Notes: generated by a model from the sequence alone, not told the origin. A DNA stretch of 64,000 nt from an uncultured Candidatus Saccharibacteria bacterium (GCA_964510435.1 CAZEBU010000001.1:144791-208790); one strand, 5' to 3'. Counted from the first letter of the stretch, positions 47,397 through 57,356 are shown. Made by a program: numbers and translations.

Positions 47397-48296
47397 TTAT
47401 AGCGGCAGTTCTTGAAATCTTGATAAGAACTTTAATATAGGGCTAAAGTATTTAATATAAGGAGGAGGAAACCTAAATATTTTTCCCCCAAATTTTTCTT
47501 TAAAATGGCTAAAACCACCCCATTTTTTAGTAAATGAAGGAAATCTATCGTCGTCAACGCCGTCAAGATCCAAGTACTCATAACCTAGCTTTTTAAAGTA
47601 TTTTATAGATTCCCACATCAGTAAATAACCCCCCTTTCCTTTTCTTCCTATGCTGGTTGTGCCTCCTTGCAAATAGGTCACGGTGTTTTTACTGGCTATA
47701 TAAAACTTGACGCTAACCAAGTCTTCATCTTTATCGTAAACCTCTATCACAAAAAACTCATCTTTGAAGGCCTTTCTTTTGGCTATTAGTTCCTTGTAAG
47801 GCGGAACGTAAAACTTCCCTCTTTTACCTGTTTCTTTGCACACCTTTTGTAGTCTCTGTACTACTTCTTCATCCGGATCTTTAAAATACTTGACGTAATT
47901 GCCTTCCCTTTCAGCTCTTCTAGTCGAATATTTAGCGCTTTTGGATAAATCCTGCCAAAGATCTTTTTCACTTTTGGTAAGGTCGATAACCAGTGAGGAT
48001 GGTGGACTTAGAGGAAAGTTGCTCCTTATATATCCGTGTTTTTGTAGCAGCTTTTCATTTTGTTCATACCCCGGCTCTATCTTAATAAACATGGCTTTCT
48101 TCTTTGTGCAGATATCTTCTATCTCTTTAAGCTGAGCTTCGGTAAATTTTTTTGGCCTCTGAATTTTGGAAACTGTACCTAAGAGGGTTTTTAATACAGC
48201 TATTCTAATGCCTCCCCTGGTATCAAGCATTTCCCACTTAAGGGCTTTGAGATACTTTGCCCAGCCATCTGATTGTCTGAGACTGGTTGTCTTCAC
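47397..48296 (-). CDS. FemABX-family peptidyltransferase
   Basis: LRQSDGW, IDLTKSE, FSHFKEKFGG. Confidence 0.85.
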   Translation of the reverse strand: MKTTSLRQSDGWAKYLKALKWEMLDTRGGIRIAVLKTLLGTVSKIQRPKKFTEAQLKEIEDICTKKKAMFIKIEPGYEQNEKLLQKHGYIRSNFPLSPPSSLVIDLTKSEKDLWQDLSKSAKYSTRRAEREGNYVKYFKDPDEEVVQRLQKVCKETGKRGKFYVPPYKELIAKRKAFKDEFFVIEVYDKDEDLVSVKFYIASKNTVTYLQGGTTSIGRKGKGGYLLMWESIKYFKKLGYEYLDLDGVDDDRFPSFTKKWGGFSHFKEKFGGKIFRFPPPYIKYFSPILKFLSRFQELPL

Positions 48297-49234
48297 TTTA
48301 TTAATCCTAAATCAAGCAACTTCCAGCGCAAGGCATTTAGGTTAGAAAATAAAAAGTACGGTATTTTTTTTATTACCAAGTCGTATGAGTTTACGTACTT
48401 TACATGCTCTCCACCAAATTTAAGTTTAAAATTGGTAAAACCGTGGTATTCATCTTTAGCATTTTCCGGATCGTCGGCAGCTCCCCACATATCAAAAATT
48501 TCGCAGCCCTTTTCTTTTCCAAATCTAATTAGCTCCCAACCTAAGGCGTTGCTGGCAAAAATGTTTTTTTTACTTTCTGCGGATCCGCCGTAAGGATAGT
48601 ACAAAACATTGTCGTAGATAAAAATCATCCAGGAAGCCAGGGTCTCTCCTTCGTACTCTGCAGATAGGATGTGGCAGATACCTTTGGGGTGTAACTTCTC
48701 CCAAATGATCTCGTAGTATCTTTTAGGCCTTATGAAATAGTGCTGCCTCACGGCTGTCTTTTTAAATAGTTTGAAAAATTCTTGGAAGTCTTCTTTGTTT
48801 TTGGCTAGTTTCGCGGTGACCCCTTTCCTGGCTGCATACCTGGTATTGTATCTGTGTTTTTTATGCATTTCGGAAAATATTTCTTTTTCTGATTTTTTTA
48901 GGTCTAAAATAATGTTAGCCTGCGCGAACTCTGATCTTTTTGATTTCTTGCAGTGTTTTTTAAAAATTTCCAAAGCCTTTTGCTCTTCAGGGGAGCCTTT
49001 GATAACATTGGGTACATCAAAGGTCAGGCCAATACAGTCGTTTTCCTTGAGGGAGTTTTTAAGTTTTTCGAAGTCTATCACGGCAGGATTCACACGCGGA
49101 CAATAGGCATAATAATATTTAGACTTAGGAATTTTATGCTTGGTGTAATATACTTCGCCTATTCTCACAGATGGTGTACCATATTCATCTTTCACTTCTG
49201 CCCACTCTTTTGACTGCACAATGTGTCTGTACAT
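48293..49234 (-). CDS. FemABX-family peptidyltransferase
   Basis: VQSKEW, RYNTRYAARKGV, GFTNFKLKFGG. Confidence 0.88.
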   Translation of the reverse strand: MYRHIVQSKEWAEVKDEYGTPSVRIGEVYYTKHKIPKSKYYYAYCPRVNPAVIDFEKLKNSLKENDCIGLTFDVPNVIKGSPEEQKALEIFKKHCKKSKRSEFAQANIILDLKKSEKEIFSEMHKKHRYNTRYAARKGVTAKLAKNKEDFQEFFKLFKKTAVRQHYFIRPKRYYEIIWEKLHPKGICHILSAEYEGETLASWMIFIYDNVLYYPYGGSAESKKNIFASNALGWELIRFGKEKGCEIFDMWGAADDPENAKDEYHGFTNFKLKFGGEHVKYVNSYDLVIKKIPYFLFSNLNALRWKLLDLGLIK

Positions 49235-49321
49235 GCTTGTAGTATAAGTTTTTTAGGTTAAGGTCACAAGTTAAAAGAGGAAAGTTGCTTAAAATGTGAT
49301 CTTGCTTTAATCTTTATAAAT

Positions 49322-50053
49322 ATGGATAAAAGAGAAATTATTATCAGCGCCATTGTACTAATTTTGCTTTTGGTGGGTTTCTATTTCTTGTTAAATCTGG
49401 GTGCAAGTTCTGCTGGCAAGGCACAAGACGAGCAAATCACCGGTAGGATACCTACCACACAGGATGTGGACTCCCAAGAAAGTTTAACGGGCGAGATCAT
49501 AGAAATCCAAGAGCGTGAAGAGGAAACTAATGTGTCTACACAACAACTAACCAAAACAACCCCTCCGGCCATGCAGCTAAAAGAGGGTGTCAATTATAAA
49601 GCTATCATGAAAACCTCCATGGGAGATATTTCCTTGGATCTGTACGAAGATCTAGCCCCCGTGACCGTTAATAATTTTTTGCATCTTGCTCGTACAGGTT
49701 TTTATGATGGGCTGATCTTTCACAGGGTTATAGATGATTTCATGATCCAGGGGGGAGATCCTCAGGAAAACGGTTCTGGAGGCCCAGGGTATTCTTTTGA
49801 AGATGAGATCAATAAGGCCAAACTGGTAAAGGGGTCCTTAGCTATGGCTAATTCCGGACCTAACACCAACGGCAGCCAGTTCTTTATTGTTACTAAGGAA
49901 GCTGTGCCTTGGCTTGATGGAGCTCACACTAATTTTGGCGAGGTCACCTCCGGACTAGAGGTGGTTAATACTATTTCTAAAGTGGCCAAAGGAGCAAACG
50001 ATAAGCCTTTGGAAGACGTGGTTATAAACAGCATTGAGATCATTGAGGAGTAA
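49322..50053 (+). CDS. Membrane-anchored cyclophilin-type PPIase
   Basis: FHRVIDDFMIQGGDP, AMANSGPNTNGSQFFI. Confidence 0.95.
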   Translation: MDKREIIISAIVLILLLVGFYFLLNLGASSAGKAQDEQITGRIPTTQDVDSQESLTGEIIEIQEREEETNVSTQQLTKTTPPAMQLKEGVNYKAIMKTSMGDISLDLYEDLAPVTVNNFLHLARTGFYDGLIFHRVIDDFMIQGGDPQENGSGGPGYSFEDEINKAKLVKGSLAMANSGPNTNGSQFFIVTKEAVPWLDGAHTNFGEVTSGLEVVNTISKVAKGANDKPLEDVVINSIEIIEE

Positions 50054-50094
50054 CCAGGATAATCCAGAAGGGAGGATCTAGGTTAGACCCTCAT

Positions 50095-50859
50095 TTACCC
50101 TCGGGCCGCATAGATTTCCAGCCACTGATCTAGAGTAAGATGTTGCGGTCGCAGCGTTTCATCTATACCCAGGGTGTCTAAAAACTCTTTAGGAAAAACC
50201 TTGTTCAGCATTTTGCGAGGCTTGGAAAATCCCCAATGCAGGAATTTCTCAAAATCATTTATATCACCCAAAGGCACTTTTAATTCGGGTGATTTAGACA
50301 TTTTGATGACGGCACCATCAACCTCGGGCTGCGGATCAAAATAAATTCTAGGAACTTCCTTAATTATTTCCACTTCAAAAAATGTCTGTACGAAAGTTGA
50401 AAGGTAAGAAGCTTTGGGAACTTTACCAGCCACTTTTTTGGCCACTTCTTTTTGCATTAAAAACACACATTTCAAAATATTCCCTGTGTGTCTCACAATA
50501 GTATGTAGTATGGGGGAAGTAATATAGTAGGGTAGGGAACCGAAAACTTTGAATTCCTCCTTGGGAGTAAACTTTGGCAACCAAGATAAGATATCAGCTT
50601 CTATGATTTCTAAATTAGCTTCCTCAGGAAACTTTTTCCGCAACTCTTCCACTAAATTTTCGTCTATTTCTACCGCCTTTATATTTACTTTGGTTCCTTT
50701 AACTCTTTCCAAAAGAACTCTTGTCACAGCACCCGGTCCAGGGCCAATCTCTACTACCAAATCGTCATCCTGCAAATCAAGCTGATCTACCATTTCATAA
50801 GCCACACCTTTGTTTAGAAGAAAATTTTGACCGAGTTGTTTTTTAGTTTTATGCCTCAT
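50095..50859 (-). CDS. rsmA: 16S rRNA dimethyladenosine transferase
   Basis: LGQNFL, EIGPGPG, SLPYYIT, QKEVA. Confidence 0.96.
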   Translation of the reverse strand: MRHKTKKQLGQNFLLNKGVAYEMVDQLDLQDDDLVVEIGPGPGAVTRVLLERVKGTKVNIKAVEIDENLVEELRKKFPEEANLEIIEADILSWLPKFTPKEEFKVFGSLPYYITSPILHTIVRHTGNILKCVFLMQKEVAKKVAGKVPKASYLSTFVQTFFEVEIIKEVPRIYFDPQPEVDGAVIKMSKSPELKVPLGDINDFEKFLHWGFSKPRKMLNKVFPKEFLDTLGIDETLRPQHLTLDQWLEIYAARG

Positions 50860-51011
50860 TACCTTCAGTATACCTTCTTATCCATTTGCCAAGCTACAGA
50901 ACCTATAGTATACCATGTTGGTTCTAAATAAAAGGAGAAATATGTAGGTAAGAAAGTGTACTGTAAAACGCTGTAAAAACCGGAAACATCACAAAGAAAG
51001 GATTGACTGTC

Positions 51012-51644
51012 ATGGACGACACTCAATTAACGCTCCACGAAGTACGTGGACCGTTCGAAGACCTATTCAGAAAGTTATCCGGAGAAGATGGACGAGAGTG
51101 GTTAATGGCTTTAAACAAATTCCTTCGCAAGGAGAACCCTTGGTTAAAGCCTGGTTTTCAGATCTGGAAAACCATCGAGGTTGGAACTCACGGCAGTCCT
51201 GAGTCTCTCAGTAATGCCATATCTTCTGCTGGTATGGGGTGTACGGGGGATGGCTACCACAACCTATGGAGAATACCTCTCAGCAACTTACCGCTAACCT
51301 TGAGTCTCGTAAGACCTTCGGTTGAGGAATTAGGCTTTCCTGAAGGCGCAACTCTTGAGGAAATCTACAAGTCTGCACAGAACCAAGGATTAGAGCTGTG
51401 TCCTGCGGAGGTTGGCCCATATCTGCGAATGCAGTATAAAAAGCAACCTAGGAAGGAATACCTGAATATGGCTATGGAACCTCTTCCTGGTTACGAAGGG
51501 GATGCTCAAGGACCTAGGGTGTTCACTATTGTGCACAACCACCCGTCTTTCGACAAAGGTAAGCTGTTGCACGCTGAGCACGGCTTTCGCCCAGAATATA
51601 CGCGCGAAAGTAACGAGCGATTTGTGTTCATTCGTCGAGAGTAG
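51012..51644 (+). CDS. Hypothetical protein (solo accessory gene)
   Basis: AAGGA upstream of ATG; GLELCPAEVGPYLR; own terminator. Confidence 0.65.
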   Translation: MDDTQLTLHEVRGPFEDLFRKLSGEDGREWLMALNKFLRKENPWLKPGFQIWKTIEVGTHGSPESLSNAISSAGMGCTGDGYHNLWRIPLSNLPLTLSLVRPSVEELGFPEGATLEEIYKSAQNQGLELCPAEVGPYLRMQYKKQPRKEYLNMAMEPLPGYEGDAQGPRVFTIVHNHPSFDKGKLLHAEHGFRPEYTRESNERFVFIRRE

Positions 51645-51676
51645 GCCAAAGGTTCTCCTTTGAGTTTGCTCACAAG

Positions 51677-51720
51677 AGCTCCGTGTTTTGAATTCATTCT
51701 CTACACGGAGCTTTCTTTTT
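51677..51720 (+). terminator. Intrinsic terminator
   Basis: AGCTCCGTG..GAAT..ATTC..CACGGAGCT followed by a T tract. Confidence 0.75.
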
Positions 51721-52502
51721 TACTCAGGCTCATTATCCATAAGATAAATATCTGTATAGCCGGTTCGCCAAGAGCCTTCCCACGCATCCTCATAAGCTAG
51801 GTCGATCTTGTTACCCTTTATAGCACCGCCCACATCCAGGGCTTGGCATTTACCATACCCGGGAACATAAAAATGGGTGTACATACTAATAACCGAAGGA
51901 TCCACAGCGCACACCCCTTGCTGTACGGGCGCACCTAAAGCAGTGGTATTATTACACCCCTCGCAGGTAGAATCATACTTAGTGGCCCAAACCGTCATCT
52001 TACGCCAGTACTTAATCTTGCCATACTCTGGAGTATCCAACCTATGCCAAACTATCTTTTTGCCTAGGGCAATTATTTCCGTGATGGAGTTTTCCACTTC
52101 CGTAGATAATAATAAACGATCCAGTTCCTCATCAACCCAAAAAGTTACCAAATAAGTCGTGGTTTCCACTCCATTTACACCTACCTGCTCCACGCGCTCC
52201 AGACCGTATTCAAAATCTTCGTCGTCAATATACTCCGTTTCGAAAAGTATGGGTTCGTGTTCAGTGACTTCTTTTTGGTCAAAAGCTGTCTGCGTGGAAA
52301 TATCTAACCGGTATGCCACCTTGGGGAAGGAAATTTCTTTCTCTATATCCTCCTCATTATCCTGAGTGCTCTCATAAACACTCGCACCTAAAACCTGCCT
52401 ATCCGTAAAAAAACTTATTCTCGAAAAATACAAGGCCAAAAACAATATCTGAATGCCAATAAAAATTCGGTGCAGCATATTATGCCAAGGGATCATTCCC
52501 AA
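51720..52502 (-). CDS. G5 + 3D domain cell-wall protein
   Basis: G5 (VEQVGVNG...IIALG); 3D (ATKY, AVDPSVI, ALDVGGAIKGNKIDL). Confidence 0.88.
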   Translation of the reverse strand: MGMIPWHNMLHRIFIGIQILFLALYFSRISFFTDRQVLGASVYESTQDNEEDIEKEISFPKVAYRLDISTQTAFDQKEVTEHEPILFETEYIDDEDFEYGLERVEQVGVNGVETTTYLVTFWVDEELDRLLLSTEVENSITEIIALGKKIVWHRLDTPEYGKIKYWRKMTVWATKYDSTCEGCNNTTALGAPVQQGVCAVDPSVISMYTHFYVPGYGKCQALDVGGAIKGNKIDLAYEDAWEGSWRTGYTDIYLMDNEPE

Positions 52503-54433
52503 CTAAAATTAGTACGGTTAACCTCCAGATCATCCATATAGTCATCAATATCTTTATTAGATAAAGACTGGTTGTAGTAACCCACATTTAGCAGCAATTC
52601 CTGAGGTATTTCCAGCAAAAACCTGCTGGGCATATTACTCTGACGGGTACCAAAATACAATCTGTTATAGGCGCGCGTCAAAAAAACATGCTTCTTTGCC
52701 CTTGTAACCGCCACATAGCAAAGCCTTCTTTCTTCCTCCAACTCCTCTTTTTCCATTAAGGAATTTATGTGCGGAAACAATCCTTCTTCCATACCAATGA
52801 TAAAAACCACAGGAAATTCCAAGCCTTTGGAGGCGTGTATGGTCATCAAGGTAACGGCTTCGTAAGCATCGGGGTTTGCCTTATTAGAACTTTCGATCAA
52901 GGCCACATTTTCCAAAAAATCCTCCAGATTGATAAACTGCTGAGCCACTGATCTAAGCTCCTTAATATTTTCGACACGCATCTTACCTTCCTCTGAACCA
53001 TCATCCAGCCACTTGAGGTACCGGATGTCCTCCAAGATCATGTCCATAAGCTCTAGAGTAGAGAGCGCTTCTTTTTGTTCGAGCCATTTTAAGATGGGTA
53101 TTTTGCTGCGCTCTTCTATAAAACCTAGGCCCCAGTTAGCCTTTTTAAATTGTTCTACGCTTTTTTGGCCCATTTTTCGAGGAGGTACGTTAATAATTCT
53201 CTCCCAGGAGACGCTATCTTGCGGATTGTGTACAACCCTTAAATAAGCGGTGGTGTCCTTAATTTCCTTGCGAGAGTAGAATCTGATACCGCCCACTATT
53301 TTGTAAGGAATATTACTTTTAATAAAATGTTCTTCCAAATTTCTAGACTGAGCGTTGGTGCGGTACAAAACAGCTATTTCACTGTACGAATATCCTTGCT
53401 TGGACTTTTCCAAAATGTTGGAAACCACAAACTGAGCCTCTTCCACTTCGGACGGACCTGTGTAGTTAATGATTTTTTCGCCTTCACCGTTATCTGTCCA
53501 TAGATCCAAGGGTATATGAGAAGAATTATTTTTTATAACGTTTTTTGCTGCCTCCAAAATAGTTTGGGTCGAACGGTAATTTCGCTCCAGATTATAGATA
53601 GCCGCTTGCGGATAATCGGTCTGAAATTTTAGTATATTACGGTAATCAGCCCCCCTAAAGCCGTATATGGCCTGCGACATATCTCCCACCACGTATAAAT
53701 TATCGTTTTTCTGCGCTAGCATTTTGGTGAGCATATATTGAGCCTTATTAGTGTCTTGATATTCATCAACTAAGATATATAAAAACTGCTGCTGATATTT
53801 TTCTAAAGCTTTTTCTTCTTGTCTAAAGAGATTTACCGCTTCAAAAAGCAAATCGTCAAAATCCAAAGCTTGGCTTAGTTTTAATCTTTTTTGATACTCG
53901 CGGTAGATCTTAGCGGTACTCCTTTGAAAAAATCCTTTTGCAAAACTTTCGTACATCCCCGCGTCAATAAGTTCTGATTTAGCACTGGAAATCATACTAT
54001 GTACAGCTCGGGGCTTTATTTTTTTAATATCCATGCCAAAATCTTTAATGATACTCCTAACCACCGAAACCGAGTCATCACGATCATAAATGACATACGA
54101 AAAGGGTATCCCCAGACGAAAACCTTCCTTTCTCAATATCCTGGCGCAAATGGCATGAAAAGTACCGCTCCAAGAAAGTTTCTGCTTCTTCCCCAGCAGA
54201 TCTACTATCCTGGCCTTAATTTCCCCGGCCGCCTTATTGGTGAAAGTGACGCATAGAACATTAGCTTGATCTATTTTGTGATGTTTGATGAGATAGGCAA
54301 TTCTATGCGTTAGTGCTCTGGTTTTACCGCTTCCCGGACCCGCCACTACCAAGGCCGGACCGCGCAAATGCTTTACAGCCTTCTCTTGCTGGGAATTTAA
54401 TTCTTGGAGTATGTTTGGGTTTTGTTCTGGCAC
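52493..54433 (-). CDS. pcrA: ATP-dependent DNA helicase PcrA/UvrD
   Basis: AGPGSGKT, VDEYQDTN, LYRTNAQSR, HASKGLEF, EERRLCYV. Confidence 0.95.
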   Translation of the reverse strand: MPEQNPNILQELNSQQEKAVKHLRGPALVVAGPGSGKTRALTHRIAYLIKHHKIDQANVLCVTFTNKAAGEIKARIVDLLGKKQKLSWSGTFHAICARILRKEGFRLGIPFSYVIYDRDDSVSVVRSIIKDFGMDIKKIKPRAVHSMISSAKSELIDAGMYESFAKGFFQRSTAKIYREYQKRLKLSQALDFDDLLFEAVNLFRQEEKALEKYQQQFLYILVDEYQDTNKAQYMLTKMLAQKNDNLYVVGDMSQAIYGFRGADYRNILKFQTDYPQAAIYNLERNYRSTQTILEAAKNVIKNNSSHIPLDLWTDNGEGEKIINYTGPSEVEEAQFVVSNILEKSKQGYSYSEIAVLYRTNAQSRNLEEHFIKSNIPYKIVGGIRFYSRKEIKDTTAYLRVVHNPQDSVSWERIINVPPRKMGQKSVEQFKKANWGLGFIEERSKIPILKWLEQKEALSTLELMDMILEDIRYLKWLDDGSEEGKMRVENIKELRSVAQQFINLEDFLENVALIESSNKANPDAYEAVTLMTIHASKGLEFPVVFIIGMEEGLFPHINSLMEKEELEEERRLCYVAVTRAKKHVFLTRAYNRLYFGTRQSNMPSRFLLEIPQELLLNVGYYNQSLSNKDIDDYMDDLEVNRTNFSWE

Positions 54434-54463
54434 TTAAGAATTGTAGCACGAACGAAATACGCG

Positions 54464-55276
54464 TTATTCAGCGCCCGCTTTTTGTCTCAGACAAGCTTTT
54501 AGTTCCGGGGTTACCGTCCAGCCACACTCATCGTTCTTTTGTCTTTCGCAGACTGCTGTTTTATAACATCCATAGATTTCCAGGTATTCGCAGGTGGTAT
54601 TAACCTCCGTGTCTGCACAAAGCTGCCCACTACAGCCTGTTGGTCTGCATTCAGTCTTCTTCACCGGCATACTTATAGTGGTGAAGCTGCCTAGCATTTC
54701 ACCAAAAATTTCATAATAGACTTGTTCTATTTCTAATGTAAGGTCCTCCTCATATTCGGTAATTAGTTTAAACTGTATGACTTTATTAGGTTTAATGGTA
54801 TAAATGTTCGTCTCCGACAATGTGTCCGTCCTCATCGCCCTCAATCCTTCTTCCAACGGATGTACAGTAATTTCTACTTTGTAGAGAGAAGGCTCGTCTT
54901 CCGTCTTTTCGAAAAAGCTAATGGTGGTGGTATCCATGTCGTCTACATCCTTAAGCCAGTAATCCCAGTCAACCGGGTAGTTTATTTTAAAATTATCGTC
55001 GAAATTTTCATAGACGTTCCAGTCCGCTGCAGTTTTCTCCGTCACTATCTTTTCCTGCCCGGCATCAATGATGGGAACCTCACTTAAAGTAACTTGATTA
55101 CTGATCCAAAAATTATAGAGAATACTAAACACCAAGGCACCCCCACCCACAATCATAAAGATACCAATTGTCCTCGAATTAATAAGTTTTGGGAGAAAAG
55201 AACCTACCCCAATCTCGTCTACATTCTCTTGAGGTGGCTCTATATTAGGCACTTGGGCTTCGCTTTCCATACACAT
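54464..55276 (-). CDS. Membrane-anchored protein with C-terminal eight-cysteine domain
   Basis: TM; PsbP-like segment; CRPTGCSGQLC...C...C...C...CGW...C. Confidence 0.7.
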   Translation of the reverse strand: MCMESEAQVPNIEPPQENVDEIGVGSFLPKLINSRTIGIFMIVGGGALVFSILYNFWISNQVTLSEVPIIDAGQEKIVTEKTAADWNVYENFDDNFKINYPVDWDYWLKDVDDMDTTTISFFEKTEDEPSLYKVEITVHPLEEGLRAMRTDTLSETNIYTIKPNKVIQFKLITEYEEDLTLEIEQVYYEIFGEMLGSFTTISMPVKKTECRPTGCSGQLCADTEVNTTCEYLEIYGCYKTAVCERQKNDECGWTVTPELKACLRQKAGAE

Positions 55277-55349
55277 TCAGTATAACAAACAGCCTAACTC
55301 ATTGTGCGGATATTGACATAGTCCACAAGGAAAATTATTATCTAAGCGT

Positions 55350-55685
55350 ATGAAGTTTTTTTTACGGCTTATTATCAGCACAGTATCCGTTTTTGTGGCA
55401 GCGTATCTTGTACCGGGGGTTGCAGTTGATGGTGTAACCACTGCCTTTATAGTGGCCATCGTGCTGGGGGTTTTAAATGTTTTCGTAAAGCCCCTATTAG
55501 TTTTTCTCACCTTACCCATCACGCTGCTCACTCTTGGGTTGTTTACCTTTGTCATTAATTTGGGTCTGATCTATCTTGCAGAGTACCTTGTGACGGGATT
55601 CAGTATCGGATCAATACTTGCCGCAATACTTTTTGGGCTTATTTTGTCCCTTGTTAACTCATTCCTAAGCATGTTGGCAAAATAG
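55350..55685 (+). CDS. 4-TM holin-like (YvlD) membrane protein
   Basis: LNVFVKPLL..LTLPITLLTLGLF. Confidence 0.85.
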   Translation: MKFFLRLIISTVSVFVAAYLVPGVAVDGVTTAFIVAIVLGVLNVFVKPLLVFLTLPITLLTLGLFTFVINLGLIYLAEYLVTGFSIGSILAAILFGLILSLVNSFLSMLAK

Positions 55686-55748
55686 GGGAAGAAAAACTGC
55701 AAAAATACAGGGGTAGCCAAATTCAAAACCTGTGGTAATATATCACAC

Positions 55749-56015
55749 ATGATTACTTTTATTGACTTCTACGCTGACTGGTGTGGCCCTTGTAAGATCA
55801 TGGCTCCCGTTTTCGATGAGGTTAAAAAAGAATATAAAGATAAGGTAGACTTCAAAAAAGTAGACGTGGAAGTCGATTCTGCCATGGCTACAAAATTTGG
55901 GGTTATGAGCATTCCCACCTTCGTTATTCTGGATGGCGATAAAGAGTTAGACAGAAAACTTGGTGCAATGCCAAAAGAGACCTTAACAAATTGGCTCGAT
56001 TCACATCTTAATTAA
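55749..56015 (+). CDS. trxA: Thioredoxin
   Basis: DFYADWCGPCK, SIPT. Confidence 0.92.
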   Translation: MITFIDFYADWCGPCKIMAPVFDEVKKEYKDKVDFKKVDVEVDSAMATKFGVMSIPTFVILDGDKELDRKLGAMPKETLTNWLDSHLN

Positions 56016-56042
56016 TTTCCAAAAACAGGATAAAATAGATCT

Positions 56043-57044
56043 ATGCCTGTCCGAATTGCAATCAACGGTTTTGGCAGAATAGGCCGAGCCGCTTTTAAAA
56101 TTCTACTCGACAAAGAAGACGCGGAGGTTGTAGCTTTCAACGATCTAACCAATCCCAATACCCTGGTACATCTATTAAAATACGACACCACCTATGGTAG
56201 GTATGAGAAGAGTGTCAGCCTCGAGGGAAATCACCTGGTGGTAGATGGAAAAAATATAGAAATCCTCAGCGAAAAAGACCCTGCAAAACTCCCTTGGGAA
56301 AAAATGAGCATTGATGCGGTACTGGAATGTACAGGGATCTTTATCAAAGACGGGGCTGCCAAAGCACACTTGGAAGCTGGGGCTAAAAAAGTGGTTGTCT
56401 CGGCGCCTACAAAAGGCTCCGGGGAAATTCAAACATTCTTAAAAGGCGTAAACGACGATCAATACCTTGGACAAAACGTTATTTCCAATGCATCGTGTAC
56501 CACTAATTGTCTTGCGCCCTCTATTGCAGTTATTCACAAGGCGATCGGTGTTAAAAAAGCAGCTCTAACTACAGTGCATGCGGTAACTTCTACCCAAAAT
56601 CTGGTCGACGGCCCACACAAAGATCTTAGACGCGCACGGGCTGCCGACTACAACATCATCCCTACCACCACCGGAGCAGCTATTGCTACCACTAAAGCCA
56701 TACCTGATCTAGAAGGTAAGTTTGACGGGTTAGCTTTAAGAGTCCCTATTTTAACCGGCTCTCTTTCCGACATCACCATGTTGGTAGAAAAACCCACCAC
56801 AGTCGAAGAAATAAACAACTTATATATAAAGGCTAAAGACATGCCCCTCTACAAAGGTGTGCTGACAACTACCGACGAACCCATCGTCTCCAGTGATATC
56901 ATCAAAAGCCCTTACTCCGCTATCATAGACCTCTCCATGACCAAGGTTGTCGACGGCGATCTAGTTAAAGTGCTATCTTGGTACGACAATGAATGGGGAT
57001 ACAGCAACAGATTAGTTGAAATGGCCTTGTTGATCTCCTCTTAA
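56043..57044 (+). CDS. gap: Type I glyceraldehyde-3-phosphate dehydrogenase
   Basis: GFGRIGR, NASCTTNC, WYDNEWGY. Confidence 0.98.
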   Translation: MPVRIAINGFGRIGRAAFKILLDKEDAEVVAFNDLTNPNTLVHLLKYDTTYGRYEKSVSLEGNHLVVDGKNIEILSEKDPAKLPWEKMSIDAVLECTGIFIKDGAAKAHLEAGAKKVVVSAPTKGSGEIQTFLKGVNDDQYLGQNVISNASCTTNCLAPSIAVIHKAIGVKKAALTTVHAVTSTQNLVDGPHKDLRRARAADYNIIPTTTGAAIATTKAIPDLEGKFDGLALRVPILTGSLSDITMLVEKPTTVEEINNLYIKAKDMPLYKGVLTTTDEPIVSSDIIKSPYSAIIDLSMTKVVDGDLVKVLSWYDNEWGYSNRLVEMALLISS

Positions 57045-57086
57045 ATACTAAAAAGCACAAATCTACATGATAAAATACTTCCATAC

Positions 57087-57356
57087 ATGTCCAAGAACTT
57101 GAGGGTATCTTTCCCAAAAAAATGTGTTGGCTGCGAACTCTGCGTCTTGCAAATCCAACGCCAAATGAAAAAGGTGGGTCTGGAGGGTTCGCTAATTAGA
57201 ATATTGAAAAAGAAAAAGGAAAACAGTGATTTCTTAGAGTATTCTATTGATATAGACCCAAGAGTTAACGAGTTTGATATACAAAAAATAAAGGATATTT
57301 GCCCCACAGAGGTTTTTGAAATTTTAGAGGAAGAAAATAATGGGCTCATCGAGTAA
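57087..57356 (+). CDS. Ferredoxin-like single 4Fe-4S protein
   Basis: CVGCELC...ICP. Confidence 0.7.
   Translation: MSKNLRVSFPKKCVGCELCVLQIQRQMKKVGLEGSLIRILKKKKENSDFLEYSIDIDPRVNEFDIQKIKDICPTEVFEILEEENNGLIE

Noticed and set aside
55350-55685. Holin as evidence of a prophage
   Set aside because: YvlD-type family is commonly chromosomal; no phage genes adjacent
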